A stretch of DNA of 64,000 bases from an uncultured Acidobacteriota bacterium (GTDB taxonomy: Bacteria; Acidobacteriota; Blastocatellia; RBC074). Shown here in pieces: positions 51,967 to 64,000 of the stretch. A program made the translations under genes and the position numbers. The notes under the pieces were generated by a model. That model had not been told where the DNA came from, ran no database searches, and saw only the letters and a list, made by a program, of their open reading frames with translations. Position 1 is the stretch's first letter. Every line of letters starts with the position of its first letter. Where the stretch lies: the NCBI GenBank assembly GCA_963743425.1, contig CAVUPU010000001.1, positions 575,054-639,053 on the forward strand. Direction: 5' to 3'.

Positions 51967-51996
51967 TTGACACTCGCTTGACGCCTCGCTTAGCAT
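51967..51996 (+). promoter_or_regulatory. Putative sigma70 promoter of hicBA
   Basis: TTGACA, 18-nt spacer, TAGCAT; GGAGG RBS follows. Confidence 0.45.
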
Positions 51997-52020
51997 CGTT
52001 TTGCGATTGGAGGCGTTGTT

Positions 52021-52233
52021 ATGACCAAGAAATTGAATCTCACCGCAAATGTCTGGCGCGAAGACGATATGTTTATTGCGCAGTGTTTGGAGTTCGATGT
52101 GGCCAGCCAGGGATATACGGTCGAAGAAGCTCTTAATAATCTTCGTGAAGCCGTTCAACTCTATCTTGAGCCACCCACCTCTACCGTAATGCCTGAACTG
52201 CATCAATTCGGGGTCGAAATCCGTGCCGCTTAA
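52021..52233 (+). CDS. hicB: HicB family antitoxin (short, no DNA-binding domain)
   Basis: FIAQC.E..VASQG.TVEEAL.NLREAV.LYLE. Confidence 0.88.
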   Translation: MTKKLNLTANVWREDDMFIAQCLEFDVASQGYTVEEALNNLREAVQLYLEPPTSTVMPELHQFGVEIRAA

Positions 52234-52444
52234 TCCATTGCCATTCCACGAAGTCTGCCGCCGATTGAAAGCCGCAGGGTTCAGTGAGGTTAGTCAAAAA
52301 GGCAGTCACGTCAAGTTTTCCAACGTCAGCCCGGACGGGACTCGAATCGCCATCGTTCCCAAACATGCCGAAGTCAAAGTCGGCACACTTCGCAGTATCC
52401 TGCGCCAGGCGGGAATTACACCGGAAGAGTGGGACAAGTTGTGA
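52223..52444 (+). CDS. hicA: HicA family mRNA interferase toxin
   Basis: L..AGF....QKGSHVKF, VP.H.EV..GTLRSILRQAG. Confidence 0.9.
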   Translation: MPLNPLPFHEVCRRLKAAGFSEVSQKGSHVKFSNVSPDGTRIAIVPKHAEVKVGTLRSILRQAGITPEEWDKL

Positions 52445-53712
52445 CCAATCTCGACTACGGCGATTTTGCTCGAATGCTTTACGCCACAGGCGTTCTTTCC
52501 GACCCGTGGCTGGGCGGTAAAGAACGCTTCCGATTGCGGCCCGCGCTGCTCTCGCAATCGCAAGCCGAACAATTGCGAATAGCCGCCGAACGCGTCGGGC
52601 TGATCTATCACGAACTCTCCGAAATCGTCATTCGCCGTCCTGAACTGCTCGATCAATTCTTCAATCTCACTCCCTGGCAGAAAGCGATGTGGTTCGCTTC
52701 TGAAGGCCGCTGGCACGGCATCGCGCGCGTTGATTTGTTCATATGCCCAAATGGCGCTGAGGATGGATGTGTGCGCTCCTGCGAGATGAATTCCGATACG
52801 CCGTCGGGCGAGGCCGAGGCTGCGCTGCTCAATCAATTGCTCCATCCTTTTCATCCGAACACGATTGATCCGAACGAAGGATTCGATGAACGGTTCTGGC
52901 AAATGCTCGTGGCCTCACATCGAGCGCGAACCGGCCAGGATGTCGAGCCGGAGAGCGTCGCCATAGTCTATCCTACCGATCTCCCGGAAGATTTGAGCAT
53001 GATCGCAATCTACAAGCGTTGGCTTGAAGACCGCGGTTGCAAAGTCACGCTCGGCTCGCCTTTCAACCTCGGCGTTGACGATCAGGGGCGGGTGACGGTC
53101 ATGGGCCAGGCCGTTGATCTGATCATCCGGCATTACAAGACCGATTGGTGGAGCGAGCGCGAGACCATCTGGACGAACCAGGCGCCGTTCGCCGATCCGG
53201 ATCCGCTCTCGCGCGAGTTGACCCTTCTGCTCGAAGCCGAGAACGAAGGGCGCGTCACCGTCGTCAATCCCTTCGGCGCGGTCGTCACGCAGAACAAGTT
53301 CGCGATGGCGTTGATGTGGGAGCGACGCGAACTGTTTTCAGAACAGTCTCAAAGTTGGATCGTCGAATACATTCCCGAAACGCGCAGGCTGATTGCGATG
53401 AGTCACGAAGAATTGAACCGCGATGAATGGGTGTTGAAATCGGATTACGGATGCGAAGGCGATTCGGTCTTATGCGGGCCATTCACCAAACCGCGTGATT
53501 GGCAATTGGCGCTGGCGACGGCGATCCCGGAGCATTGGATCGCGCAACGGTTCTTCGAGGTCGCGCCGTTAGATGACGGGCAGAGCGGGGAAGCCGCGTT
53601 GCCGAATTACGGAGTCTATTTGATCGGCGGGCGCGCGGCTGGGTTCTACACGCGGCTTTCGCAAAAGGCGACCAATTACTCTTCGGTGACCGCGCCTACA
53701 TTCATCAGATAA
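52441..53712 (+). CDS. Glutathionylspermidine synthase-like ATP-grasp ligase
   Basis: ARVDLF, EMNSDTPSG, QNK, WVLK..YG.EG..V, IAQRFF, GVYLIGG..AG...R; GTG start overlaps the hicA stop. Confidence 0.82.
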   Translation: MTNLDYGDFARMLYATGVLSDPWLGGKERFRLRPALLSQSQAEQLRIAAERVGLIYHELSEIVIRRPELLDQFFNLTPWQKAMWFASEGRWHGIARVDLFICPNGAEDGCVRSCEMNSDTPSGEAEAALLNQLLHPFHPNTIDPNEGFDERFWQMLVASHRARTGQDVEPESVAIVYPTDLPEDLSMIAIYKRWLEDRGCKVTLGSPFNLGVDDQGRVTVMGQAVDLIIRHYKTDWWSERETIWTNQAPFADPDPLSRELTLLLEAENEGRVTVVNPFGAVVTQNKFAMALMWERRELFSEQSQSWIVEYIPETRRLIAMSHEELNRDEWVLKSDYGCEGDSVLCGPFTKPRDWQLALATAIPEHWIAQRFFEVAPLDDGQSGEAALPNYGVYLIGGRAAGFYTRLSQKATNYSSVTAPTFIR

Positions 53713-54056
53713 TTATTGGGTGATAGTTTTACACGAAAGCCAACTCGTCCGATCCAAAGTACCGCGCCGTCAGGCAGCAGGCACTGCGGCCGTTGCGTTC
53801 GCACACCATTGATCTCCAACGCGCTGCCGCCACCAGATCCGAGGTCGCCGACCATGACGCCCTCAGTTTCGAGCCACAAGGCCACAACCTTGCGCCCAAC
53901 GCTCGGCGCCTTCACCAAGACATCGACCTCAGGAGCCCGTCCGATGAAGATCTGTCTGGATTCATCGACAACGATGCTAACCGAATCGCCTACCGACATA
54001 TCTTCTGGTTGATCCCTGTCTTTCTCGATCAGTATGAGTTTAATTCCTGCGATCAT
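53676..54056 (-). CDS. FHA-like domain protein
   Basis: IFIGRA..VDV.V..PSV.R, DLGS..G...NG, L.DG..L.IG; degenerate. Confidence 0.6.
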   Translation of the reverse strand: MIAGIKLILIEKDRDQPEDMSVGDSVSIVVDESRQIFIGRAPEVDVLVKAPSVGRKVVALWLETEGVMVGDLGSGGGSALEINGVRTQRPQCLLPDGAVLWIGRVGFRVKLSPNNYLMNVGAVTEE

Positions 54057-56365
54057 CGTTCAAACCGAAATCTCACTCCGCCTCTCACCATTCGCGGCAT
54101 CCCAAGAGTCTCGATCGGCGTGCGCCCGACCGCGTACCGTTGGTCGAACAGGTTCTGCGCGGCGACAAACGCTTCGACGAAGCGATTGAGCTGGCGCGCG
54201 ACCATCACGTCGAACACCGCGAAGCTGCCCAGCGGCAGTTGATTCTGGTCATCGTCGAACTGTTTGCCCGAGGCGCGGAACTGCATTGCGGCCGTGACGT
54301 ATCTCGGATTCGAGTAGACGGTTTGGAGCGTGAATTGATGGCGAGGGACTTGAGGAATCCACAGACCTTCGAGAGTCACGTCCTGCGGCGCGCGCCGAAC
54401 GGTGGCGTCGGCGAACAGGTAACCGGCTGAGATTCGCCAGTAGGTCGAGATGTTGAAATCGGTCTCGGCCTCGACGCCGCGCGAACGCGTGCGGCCCAGG
54501 TTGCGTCGCTGGCGCGTGATCAGGGCCGGCGTGACCGACAGCGTGAAGTTCGAAACCGGGTTGACGATCTCGGTCCAATAACCGGTAACGCGCGCGCCTA
54601 CTCGGTTGTTCGGAGTCCAGCTCATACCGGTCTCGCCGCCGGTCAGTCGCTCGGAGCGCAGGTTCTCGTTGGCCAGCGTCAGCGTATTGCCGACGCGGAA
54701 CGCGCGATAAAGCTCGTTGAGCGTCGGCGCGCGGAAGGCCCGATAGGCGGCGGCGCGCAGCGACGACGGTCGGATGCGTCTGAAATGAGAGATTCAATCG
54801 CGGGCTGAACGCGTCTTCGGATCGCGGCGCGAAGAATCGGGGCGTGACGGCGCCGGTCGCCAAAGTCCGTCTCGACCGATGCCGCTGACGAATCGCGCCA
54901 GTTGTCGTAGCGCCCGCTCAACGTCAGCGTCCATCTCGGCGAGATCGTGAAGATGTCCTGCGCGAAGAATCCCGCGCGACGTTGACGCCCGCCCGCGCTG
55001 ACGAACGTCGTGGCGCTTTCGGCGACGAAAATGGTCTCGTCGCTCGTCCCGCGCACTCCGCGCACGTCAACTCCCGCGACGAACAAGTGCTTCTCGAAAC
55101 TCACCCTCGACCAGTTGAGCGACAGCCCCGCGTCGCGCGCCGGCACGAATTGTAATCGGGTCAGGTTTTCGGATGCGCGGTTGGCCGCCACAGCCGTGAA
55201 GCTCTGATGAAACCGCTGCTGGTTGGCGAACAGGGCCAGGTTCCAATCGCTACCGTCGGGAGTTCGGATGCGCCCGCCCGTGGCCAGCGATTCCGTGGCG
55301 GTGTCGTTGACTTGCGCCTGGGTTCCGTTGTCGCGGTCTTCGTCGAACAACGACCCGCGAAGGAAGACGGCGTTGGTCGCGTTCCATTCGTTCGTCAAAC
55401 GCAATGTGATCGCGCGGTGTAGCGACGCGGCCCGAGCATCGGCGGCGCCCCGGATTTCAGGCGCAATCACGAAGTATCCATCCGTGCGGAACGCCTCGCC
55501 CGCGACGGAGGCTGAAAAACCATTCCACCTGTCGCTGGCGAAGAACGTGACGTCGGCGGTGTCACGATTGCCGTACGCCGCTTCGGCGTTGATCACGCGC
55601 TGCGATGGGCGGGCGCGTGATCAGGTTGATCACGCCGCTCAGCGCGTCGGAGCCGTAAAGGTCTGACGAGCCGCCGCGGACGAGTTCGATTCGATCAACC
55701 GCAGCGCGCGGCACGCGATCCCAATAGACCCATCCGCCGAACGCGTCATTGAGCGGTAAGCCGTCGTTCAACACCAGTGTGCGACTTGCGCCGCTGGCGC
55801 CCGCGCCGCGCAGACTGACGCCCTGCGTCGTCGGATTGGCCACGATGCTGCTCGAACGGCGGAAGATGCTGAAGCCGGGCGCCTGCCGCAGCAGATCGTC
55901 GAAGGTCTGCGCGGCGGCGTTGCTCAGGTCTTTCGCGTCAAACACCGAAACACTAGCCGGCGCCACGGCCAGCCGTAGCTCGGTTCGGGCCGGAGTGACC
56001 GTGACAGTCTCCGAGACCTCAGCCGGTTCGAGCGTGACGTTGACAGTCGCTTGCGGCGAATTCAGCGAGACCCGCTGACGGAAGACCGAAAAGCCGTCAG
56101 CCGAGACACGCAATTCGTAATCGCCAGGCGGCAGCGTGAGCGTGAACTGGCCTGCGGCGTCGGTCTTGGCCTCGCCCCTGGTTTGATTATCGGCGACCGC
56201 GACCACGCGAGCGTTGCTGACAGCGTCGCCGCGTTTGTCCGTCACGCGGCCTGAGATTTGTCCCGCTTGTGACGAAGCTTGCGCAGTCGTCACGACCGCG
56301 AAAATAATCGAGCACAAAAAGACACAGAGAGCTTTGAAGGTGTTTCTCGACAGTTGATTCATCAT
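54053..56365 (-). CDS. TonB-dependent receptor; three +1 frameshifts (~55608, ~54867, ~54764)
   Basis: Carboxypeptidase-regulatory N-domain; plug SSS..ANPTTQGVSLRG, IELVRGG.S.LYG.DAL.GVIN; FRAPTLNELY; NLFD..Y. Confidence 0.88.
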
Positions 56366-56439
56366 TACTTTTGCGTTGCTTAAAATTGGAATTGGAAGCG
56401 ACTATCAAACCAGAATGCTCGCGTATTCTCAAGCAGACT

Positions 56440-57293
56440 CTATCGGCAGAGGTAGAAAATCTCGGCGGCCTTCGTCGCCGCAGGGCAGTAATGTTGCGCC
56501 GCCCAGCCGAATCCGACGGCCAGAGCCAGCACGATGGCAAACGGAATCCAGGTTGCTTTGAACACGCCGACTGTCGAATCGCCGTATCCGATTCGTCTTG
56601 TGACGTTGATCAGTCCTGACGCCAACGCGGCCTGGAGCGCAGCTTCGGCCAGGATCGCGGGAGATTGGTAGATCAGGTAGATTCCCGCTCCGAAAACGCC
56701 GAACAGCAACAAGCCTAACAGCGCGAGCAAGATGATGACTTCGTCTCCGAGATCATGCCGGACGCGGAGTCGAAGCTCGATCCCTCTGAGGAAGAGCTTG
56801 AGGAAGAGCTTGAGGTCGAGCCGTCTCCGTAAGGAGCGTCGCCCCAACTCTCGGCTGCGCTCCCTGCTTCAGAACCGCTCCAATTAGGATCATAGCTACC
56901 GGTTTCGGCTGAGCTAAAGTCCGCTAACTCATTTTCGAGATCGGATAGGGCTTCGATATCGATATCGGTATCGTCGTTCAATCGCGGACCAAACCCGACG
57001 TACCACAACCACACTTTGATCGAGAGAAAGAAGATCCCGTACGCGACGCAGACCGCGATCGGATAGCGGATGAACATCCAGTTGACTTCGAGTTCCAGCA
57101 GCAGTTTGCTGGCGCTGACACCCGATAAAATCACTGCGCACAGCATCAGCGTCATGTGCAGTCTCACATAGAACCGCGACAACAATCGCTGTTTGAATTT
57201 CGGCGCGGTAATTTTTTCAATCCTCGGGATAGTTATAACCGGCGTAGGATTGAATTGTCTCCTGTGCCTGATGTCCTCTGGGATTATGGCCAT
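56440..57293 (-). CDS. Hypothetical membrane protein with Ser/Gly/Asp-rich loop; frameshift near 56755
   Basis: Two overlapping frames join into RLHMTL...RYPIAV..AY..F / linker / YLIYQSPAILAEAA...HYCPAA. Confidence 0.65.
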
Positions 57294-57423
57294 GCATGCG
57301 CTCCTTTCCTCTTGCCATTTTCGTCCGCGGTATTGCTTGCCGCTTATAACGTCGCGGAGCGCGAAAAGGTTTCGCGTGAGTAAACCTCCGGCGCGGCGCA
57401 GAGAGCGATGAGCGCAATGACAT

Positions 57424-58431
57424 TTATTTCCGTCTGCTCCGCACTCTCCCAGAAATCGTATCATCGGCTTTACGCAGAACCGGGTATGGGTTGATGGTTC
57501 TACCTCTCCAGAGTTTCTTGGGATCGGTGACGGCCGAGATCGAAAAATGCAAATGATAATTGCCGGGGCCTGCGTTGCCGGTGTTGCCGACATAACCGAT
57601 GACATCGCCCTGTCGCGCGTAACCGCCCTGTTTGAGCCCGGCGGCGTAGCGATCGAGATGCGCATAATAAAAGGCCAGCTTCTTATCGTCGCTCATCTGA
57701 TAAATTATCTTGCCGCCGCGTCTGTTGCGACCGATCCTGACGATCTCGCCATCGGTGGCCGCCAGCACCGGAGTTCCACGCGGGACGATGATGTCTATTG
57801 CGCGGTGGACCCGTCCGCCGGAACGCGCCGCGTAGAAAGTATCTTGCAAATCGTTTGAACGCACACCATCGACTGGAATAATCAGACCGACTGATTTGAC
57901 TCTCCTGGAAGCGGGAGCGGGAGAAGATTTTGGCGCCGATTCGGTGGAAGATGTTGGTAAAGATTTTGGCGCCGACGCGGAAGAAGGTTTTGACGCAGAT
58001 GGTGGGAGAGATGTTGATGGAGATACGGGCGGCAGCCGCAGTCTCCATGTATCGGGCGCAGGCGGCGGCGGCCGCAGCCGCAGCCTCCATGCATCGGGTA
58101 CGGGCGGCGCCGTCAAATCGTGATGTTTTTTGTCATTGTCGTTAACCCGTCGCGGCCTCGATGCGCCGGACGCCGGCGGGGAAGACCGATCGCGATGTTC
58201 TTTGTCATTATCGTTAACCCGCCGCGGCCTCGATGCGCCGGGCGCGGGCGGGGAAGATGATGGAGCGGATGCTGTTGGTAATGTGGGGGGAGGTTTTGGC
58301 GCTGGCGCCGATGCGGGGGGAGACTTCGGCGCTGATTGGGGAGAAGACGCAGGCGCCACATCGGAGGGATTTTGTGGCGCCATCGGAATGAGTAAGAATA
58401 CGACTGGCCAAAGCTGCGGAAAAACACTCAT
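57424..58431 (-). CDS. M23 family metallopeptidase with long Pro-rich N-terminus
   Basis: HRAIDI (HxxxD), GTPVLA, YYAHL, GYVGNTGN, HLHF. Confidence 0.88.
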   Translation of the reverse strand: MSVFPQLWPVVFLLIPMAPQNPSDVAPASSPQSAPKSPPASAPAPKPPPTLPTASAPSSSPPAPGASRPRRVNDNDKEHRDRSSPPASGASRPRRVNDNDKKHHDLTAPPVPDAWRLRLRPPPPAPDTWRLRLPPVSPSTSLPPSASKPSSASAPKSLPTSSTESAPKSSPAPASRRVKSVGLIIPVDGVRSNDLQDTFYAARSGGRVHRAIDIIVPRGTPVLAATDGEIVRIGRNRRGGKIIYQMSDDKKLAFYYAHLDRYAAGLKQGGYARQGDVIGYVGNTGNAGPGNYHLHFSISAVTDPKKLWRGRTINPYPVLRKADDTISGRVRSRRK

Positions 58432-58540
58432 TTTTTACACTCCTAAATTTCGCCCTGAGGGCAAACACGCCTCCATCCTGGCGCATTCAGGCCCTTTGTC
58501 CGGGAGAAGTCGATTGGGAGCGCGTTCTCCGGTATTCGCT

Positions 58541-59254
58541 TCAATTTTTCAGTAGCAATGGTTCTATCTCTCGCCACACGTTCTCGGTCATTACCTTTTC
58601 GCCGGCGGCGTTCGGGTGAATGCCGTCAGGCTGGTTCATCTCGCGATGGCCTGCCACGCCTTCCAGGAGGAAGGGAATCAGCGTGAGTTTGTATTTTTTG
58701 GCCAGGTCGCGATAAGCCTGCCGGAATTCACCGGTGTATTCCTCGCCCAGGTTCGGCGGCGCTTCCATTCCGGCGAGGATGACCGTGACTCCGCGGGCCT
58801 GCGCGCGCTCGATGATCTCGGCCAGATTCTTTTTCATATCGGCCACGGGCAACCCACGCAGCCCGTCATTCCCGCCAAGCTCAAGGATCAGGAACTTCAC
58901 TGGGCCGTCAAGCGACCAGTCGATGCGGCTGACTCCGCCCGCCGATGTGTCGCCGGATACGCCGGCGTTAACCACGCGATAACGGTACCCTTTTTCGTCG
59001 AGTTTGCGCTGCAAGATCGCAGTGAAGCAATAATCTTCGGGCAAACCATACCCGGCGGTCAAGCTGTCGCCGAACGCGACGATAGCGGGCAGTCCTTCCG
59101 ACTTCGCTGAAGTTTTCGCCGGCGCATAGGACGACGTGGAAGTCGCCATCCCAGTCGATGGTTTATCCGGCGCGCCCGATTTCTGGCAGGCGATGGAAAA
59201 AGCCGCCAACAGCAACGCGCCCACAATCGACGTGAATCTATTTCTGTTTACCAT
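58541..59254 (-). CDS. SGNH/GDSL arylesterase, TesA-like lipoprotein
   Basis: FGDSLTAG, NAGVSGDT, ELGGNDGLRG, DGIHPN; lipobox SIAC; divergent from a ybbA-like gene. Confidence 0.92.
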   Translation of the reverse strand: MVNRNRFTSIVGALLLAAFSIACQKSGAPDKPSTGMATSTSSYAPAKTSAKSEGLPAIVAFGDSLTAGYGLPEDYCFTAILQRKLDEKGYRYRVVNAGVSGDTSAGGVSRIDWSLDGPVKFLILELGGNDGLRGLPVADMKKNLAEIIERAQARGVTVILAGMEAPPNLGEEYTGEFRQAYRDLAKKYKLTLIPFLLEGVAGHREMNQPDGIHPNAAGEKVMTENVWREIEPLLLKN

Positions 59255-59369
59255 CTCGATCTTCTCCTGGTCTCTCTCTGCTGAGAGGTAATTAAGCTAA
59301 AAACTTTCCGGCTCCTAGCCGAAAATTTCGGTACGCAATCGAACAATGATTTAAAATAGCTGCCCAGCG

Positions 59370-59468
59370 CCGCAGAGTCAGTACCGCGAGCGGTAGCGAG
59401 CGTGGCTTGCGGCAGTTGGCCCATTGATGAAACGACGCTCGCTACCGCTCGCGGTACTGACTCTGCGG
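59370..59468. repeat. REP-like palindrome, CAGTACCGCGAGCGGTAGCGAGCG family
   Basis: Long perfect inverted arms. Confidence 0.9.
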
Positions 59469-59534
59469 TAATTTCCGCATATTACTCGTCGTTAAAATGA
59501 GCGGCGTCCAAAAAAAATTCGACACAAAGATAAC

Positions 59535-60239
59535 ATGATTCAACTCACAAATGTCTCCAAAGTTGTCACGAGCGGGTCGGAGCGACTGACCATCCTGCAC
59601 TCGGTCGATTTAGAAATACCGCGCAGTCAGTTCGTCTCGGTCGTCGGCCCTTCGGGCAGCGGCAAATCAACGCTGCTCGGCCTGATCGCCGGACTCGACG
59701 CGCCGACTTCGGGCAGCGTCAGTCTCGGCGGGCGCGAGATCACCAGAATGAACGAAGACGAATTGGCCGAGCTGCGCGGTCGGCTGGTCGGCTTCATCTT
59801 TCAATCGTTTCATTTGATCCCCTCGCTCACTGCCTACGAAAACATCCTCACGCCGATGGAGATCATGAGCGTCCCCAAGGCCGGCGATCGCGCGCGGACG
59901 CTGCTCGACGAGGTCGGCCTGCGCGACAGGGGGCATCATTACCCTTCACAGCTTTCGGGCGGCGAACAGCAGCGCGTGGCCATCGCGCGCGCGTTCGCGA
60001 ACCAGCCTGAGATCTTGCTGGCCGATGAGCCTACCGGCAATCTCGACAAGAAGAACGGCGAGCATATTTTCGATCTCCTGCTCACACTCAACCGCGTCTA
60101 CGGCACGACGCTGCTGCTGGTCACGCACGACCACTATCTGGCCGACAGAGCCAACCGCAAGATCACTCTGAGCGGCGGCCGGATCGTGGAAGACAGGGAG
60201 ATGGGGAGTGAGGAGTGCGGAGTGCGGAGTGAGGACTGA
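59535..60239 (+). CDS. ABC transporter ATP-binding protein, YbbA/LolD-like
   Basis: GPSGSGKST, LSGGEQQRV, LLADEPTGNLD, VTHD. Confidence 0.95.
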   Translation: MIQLTNVSKVVTSGSERLTILHSVDLEIPRSQFVSVVGPSGSGKSTLLGLIAGLDAPTSGSVSLGGREITRMNEDELAELRGRLVGFIFQSFHLIPSLTAYENILTPMEIMSVPKAGDRARTLLDEVGLRDRGHHYPSQLSGGEQQRVAIARAFANQPEILLADEPTGNLDKKNGEHIFDLLLTLNRVYGTTLLLVTHDHYLADRANRKITLSGGRIVEDREMGSEECGVRSED

Positions 60240-60322
60240 CGGGATTGGCAGAAGCGGAATTCCGCAATCACCGCTCAGCTAACTCACCACTCCCCCATCC
60301 CGCTCCGCACTCCGCACTCCGC
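60203..60322. repeat. Inverted heptamer arrays (GGAGTGC)n ... (GCACTCC)n
   Basis: Read directly; the left arm forms the last codons of the ATPase gene. Confidence 0.8.
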
Positions 60323-60343
60323 CGTCTCCAGCAAGGAGGCGAG

Positions 60344-62898
<2,555 letters not shown>

Positions 62899-62993
62899 GG
62901 CAAGAGCCAGGGAAATTGCTGGCCAATTTTCGTCGTGATGGTTATATTATCGTGCGCAGTCATAAACCATTACACCCTTGAGGCCTGAACCCT

Positions 62994-64000
62994 ATGCCGA
63001 TACTCCCTCAATATCTCTACGATGTCTTCATCAGCTATAGCCACGCCGACCGAACATGGGTCTGGAAAAGACTATTGCCACGTTTGGAAAAGGCAGGGGT
63101 GAAGGTTTGCATTGACGACCGCGACTTCGAGTACGGCGTTCCCAGTCTTATCAATATGGAACGGGCTGTGGAAAATAGTCGCCGCACGCTGATTGTTCTT
63201 ACCCCGGACTGGGTGACGAGCGCCTGGACGGAATTTGAAAGTCTACTGGTGGCGACCAAAGACCCGGCGGCGCGACATGGCCGGCTGTTGCCGCTAAAAT
63301 TGGCCGATTGTGAACTGCCGCCGCGCATCGCCATGCTCAGTTACGCAGACTTCAGCGAACGCCGCAGACGCACACAATCCTTCGATCTGCTGCTCGGCAA
63401 GTTCAACCCGCTTACAAATCACGCAAACAGAGGGTACCCGCCCACACGCTCGCGGCGCGCCGCCCGACTCGAAAACCGGCTGCTTTAACTGCTTTTGAGC
63501 CGCCTGTTGAGGAATTGCCGGCATTTGTCGTCGGCCTTCCCGTCGTCCACCCGCGCCATTTCTTCGGACACAGCCAGGTAGTGAAGCGCGTCTTCAACCT
63601 TCTCAAACGCCGCCCATTACAAAACGCCATCGTCATCGGCCCACGACGCAGCGGCAAAACCTCGCTCCTGCTCTACCTAAGAAACCTCACGACCATCGCC
63701 GCAACTGCGCCGGAGCAATTGCGCCCTGACCAACGTGACAGTTTGCTGCCACAACTGGATCGTTATCGATGGGTCTTTGTTGATTTCCAGGGCCGCGTCT
63801 GGGAAGCCGCGAAGGTTTGTTGCATTACTTGCTGAAAAATCTGAGCCTCCCTGTTCCGAAGCGATGCGATCTTGAGAGCTTCATGGACGATGTAAGCCGC
63901 AACCTGCGCGCCGACAGGGATTTTGCTCGATGAGATTGATGTCGCGCTTGAGCGGAATCCGGAATTGGACATCCCGTTCTGGACTGGGCTACGTTCGTTG
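62994..64000 (+). CDS. TIR domain probably fused to a STAND-type P-loop ATPase; frameshifted and truncated by the window end
   Basis: YDVFISYSHAD...SAWTEFE; later frames give FVVG.PV..P..FFG, GPRRSGKTSLL and ILLDEID. Confidence 0.72.

Overview
GC-rich bacterial chromosomal window. The gene content (Oar-type TonB-dependent receptors, zinc-ribbon Ser/Thr kinases, POTRA-only protein, many TPR proteins) resembles Acidobacteriota, possibly Blastocatellia; this is inference only. Recognisable loci are pgk-POTRA-tpiA-secG-tRNA-Leu(GAG), a form II coxSLM-like cluster, tesA/ybbA/ybbP, htrA, an OPT transporter, LOG and hicBA. Accessory content includes: a TIR/degenerate REase/NACHT/pentapeptide/WD40 NLR-like gene next to the tRNA, flanked by same-family palindromic elements; a receptor Ser/Thr kinase paired with a secreted caspase-fold protein lacking its catalytic Cys; a 1199-aa TonB-dependent receptor with three Cys-Cys motifs between two paralogous TPR genes; a nucleoside 2-deoxyribosyltransferase-like fusion; and a TIR/STAND-type ATPase running off the right end. 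Intergenic DNA is rich in REP-like palindromes, including one triply nested composite and several inverted heptamer-array hairpins. Many genes, including pgk, carry single-base frameshifts that are probably sequencing errors. No CRISPR array, rRNA, integrase or transposase was seen. All calls come from reading motifs by eye, without database searches.
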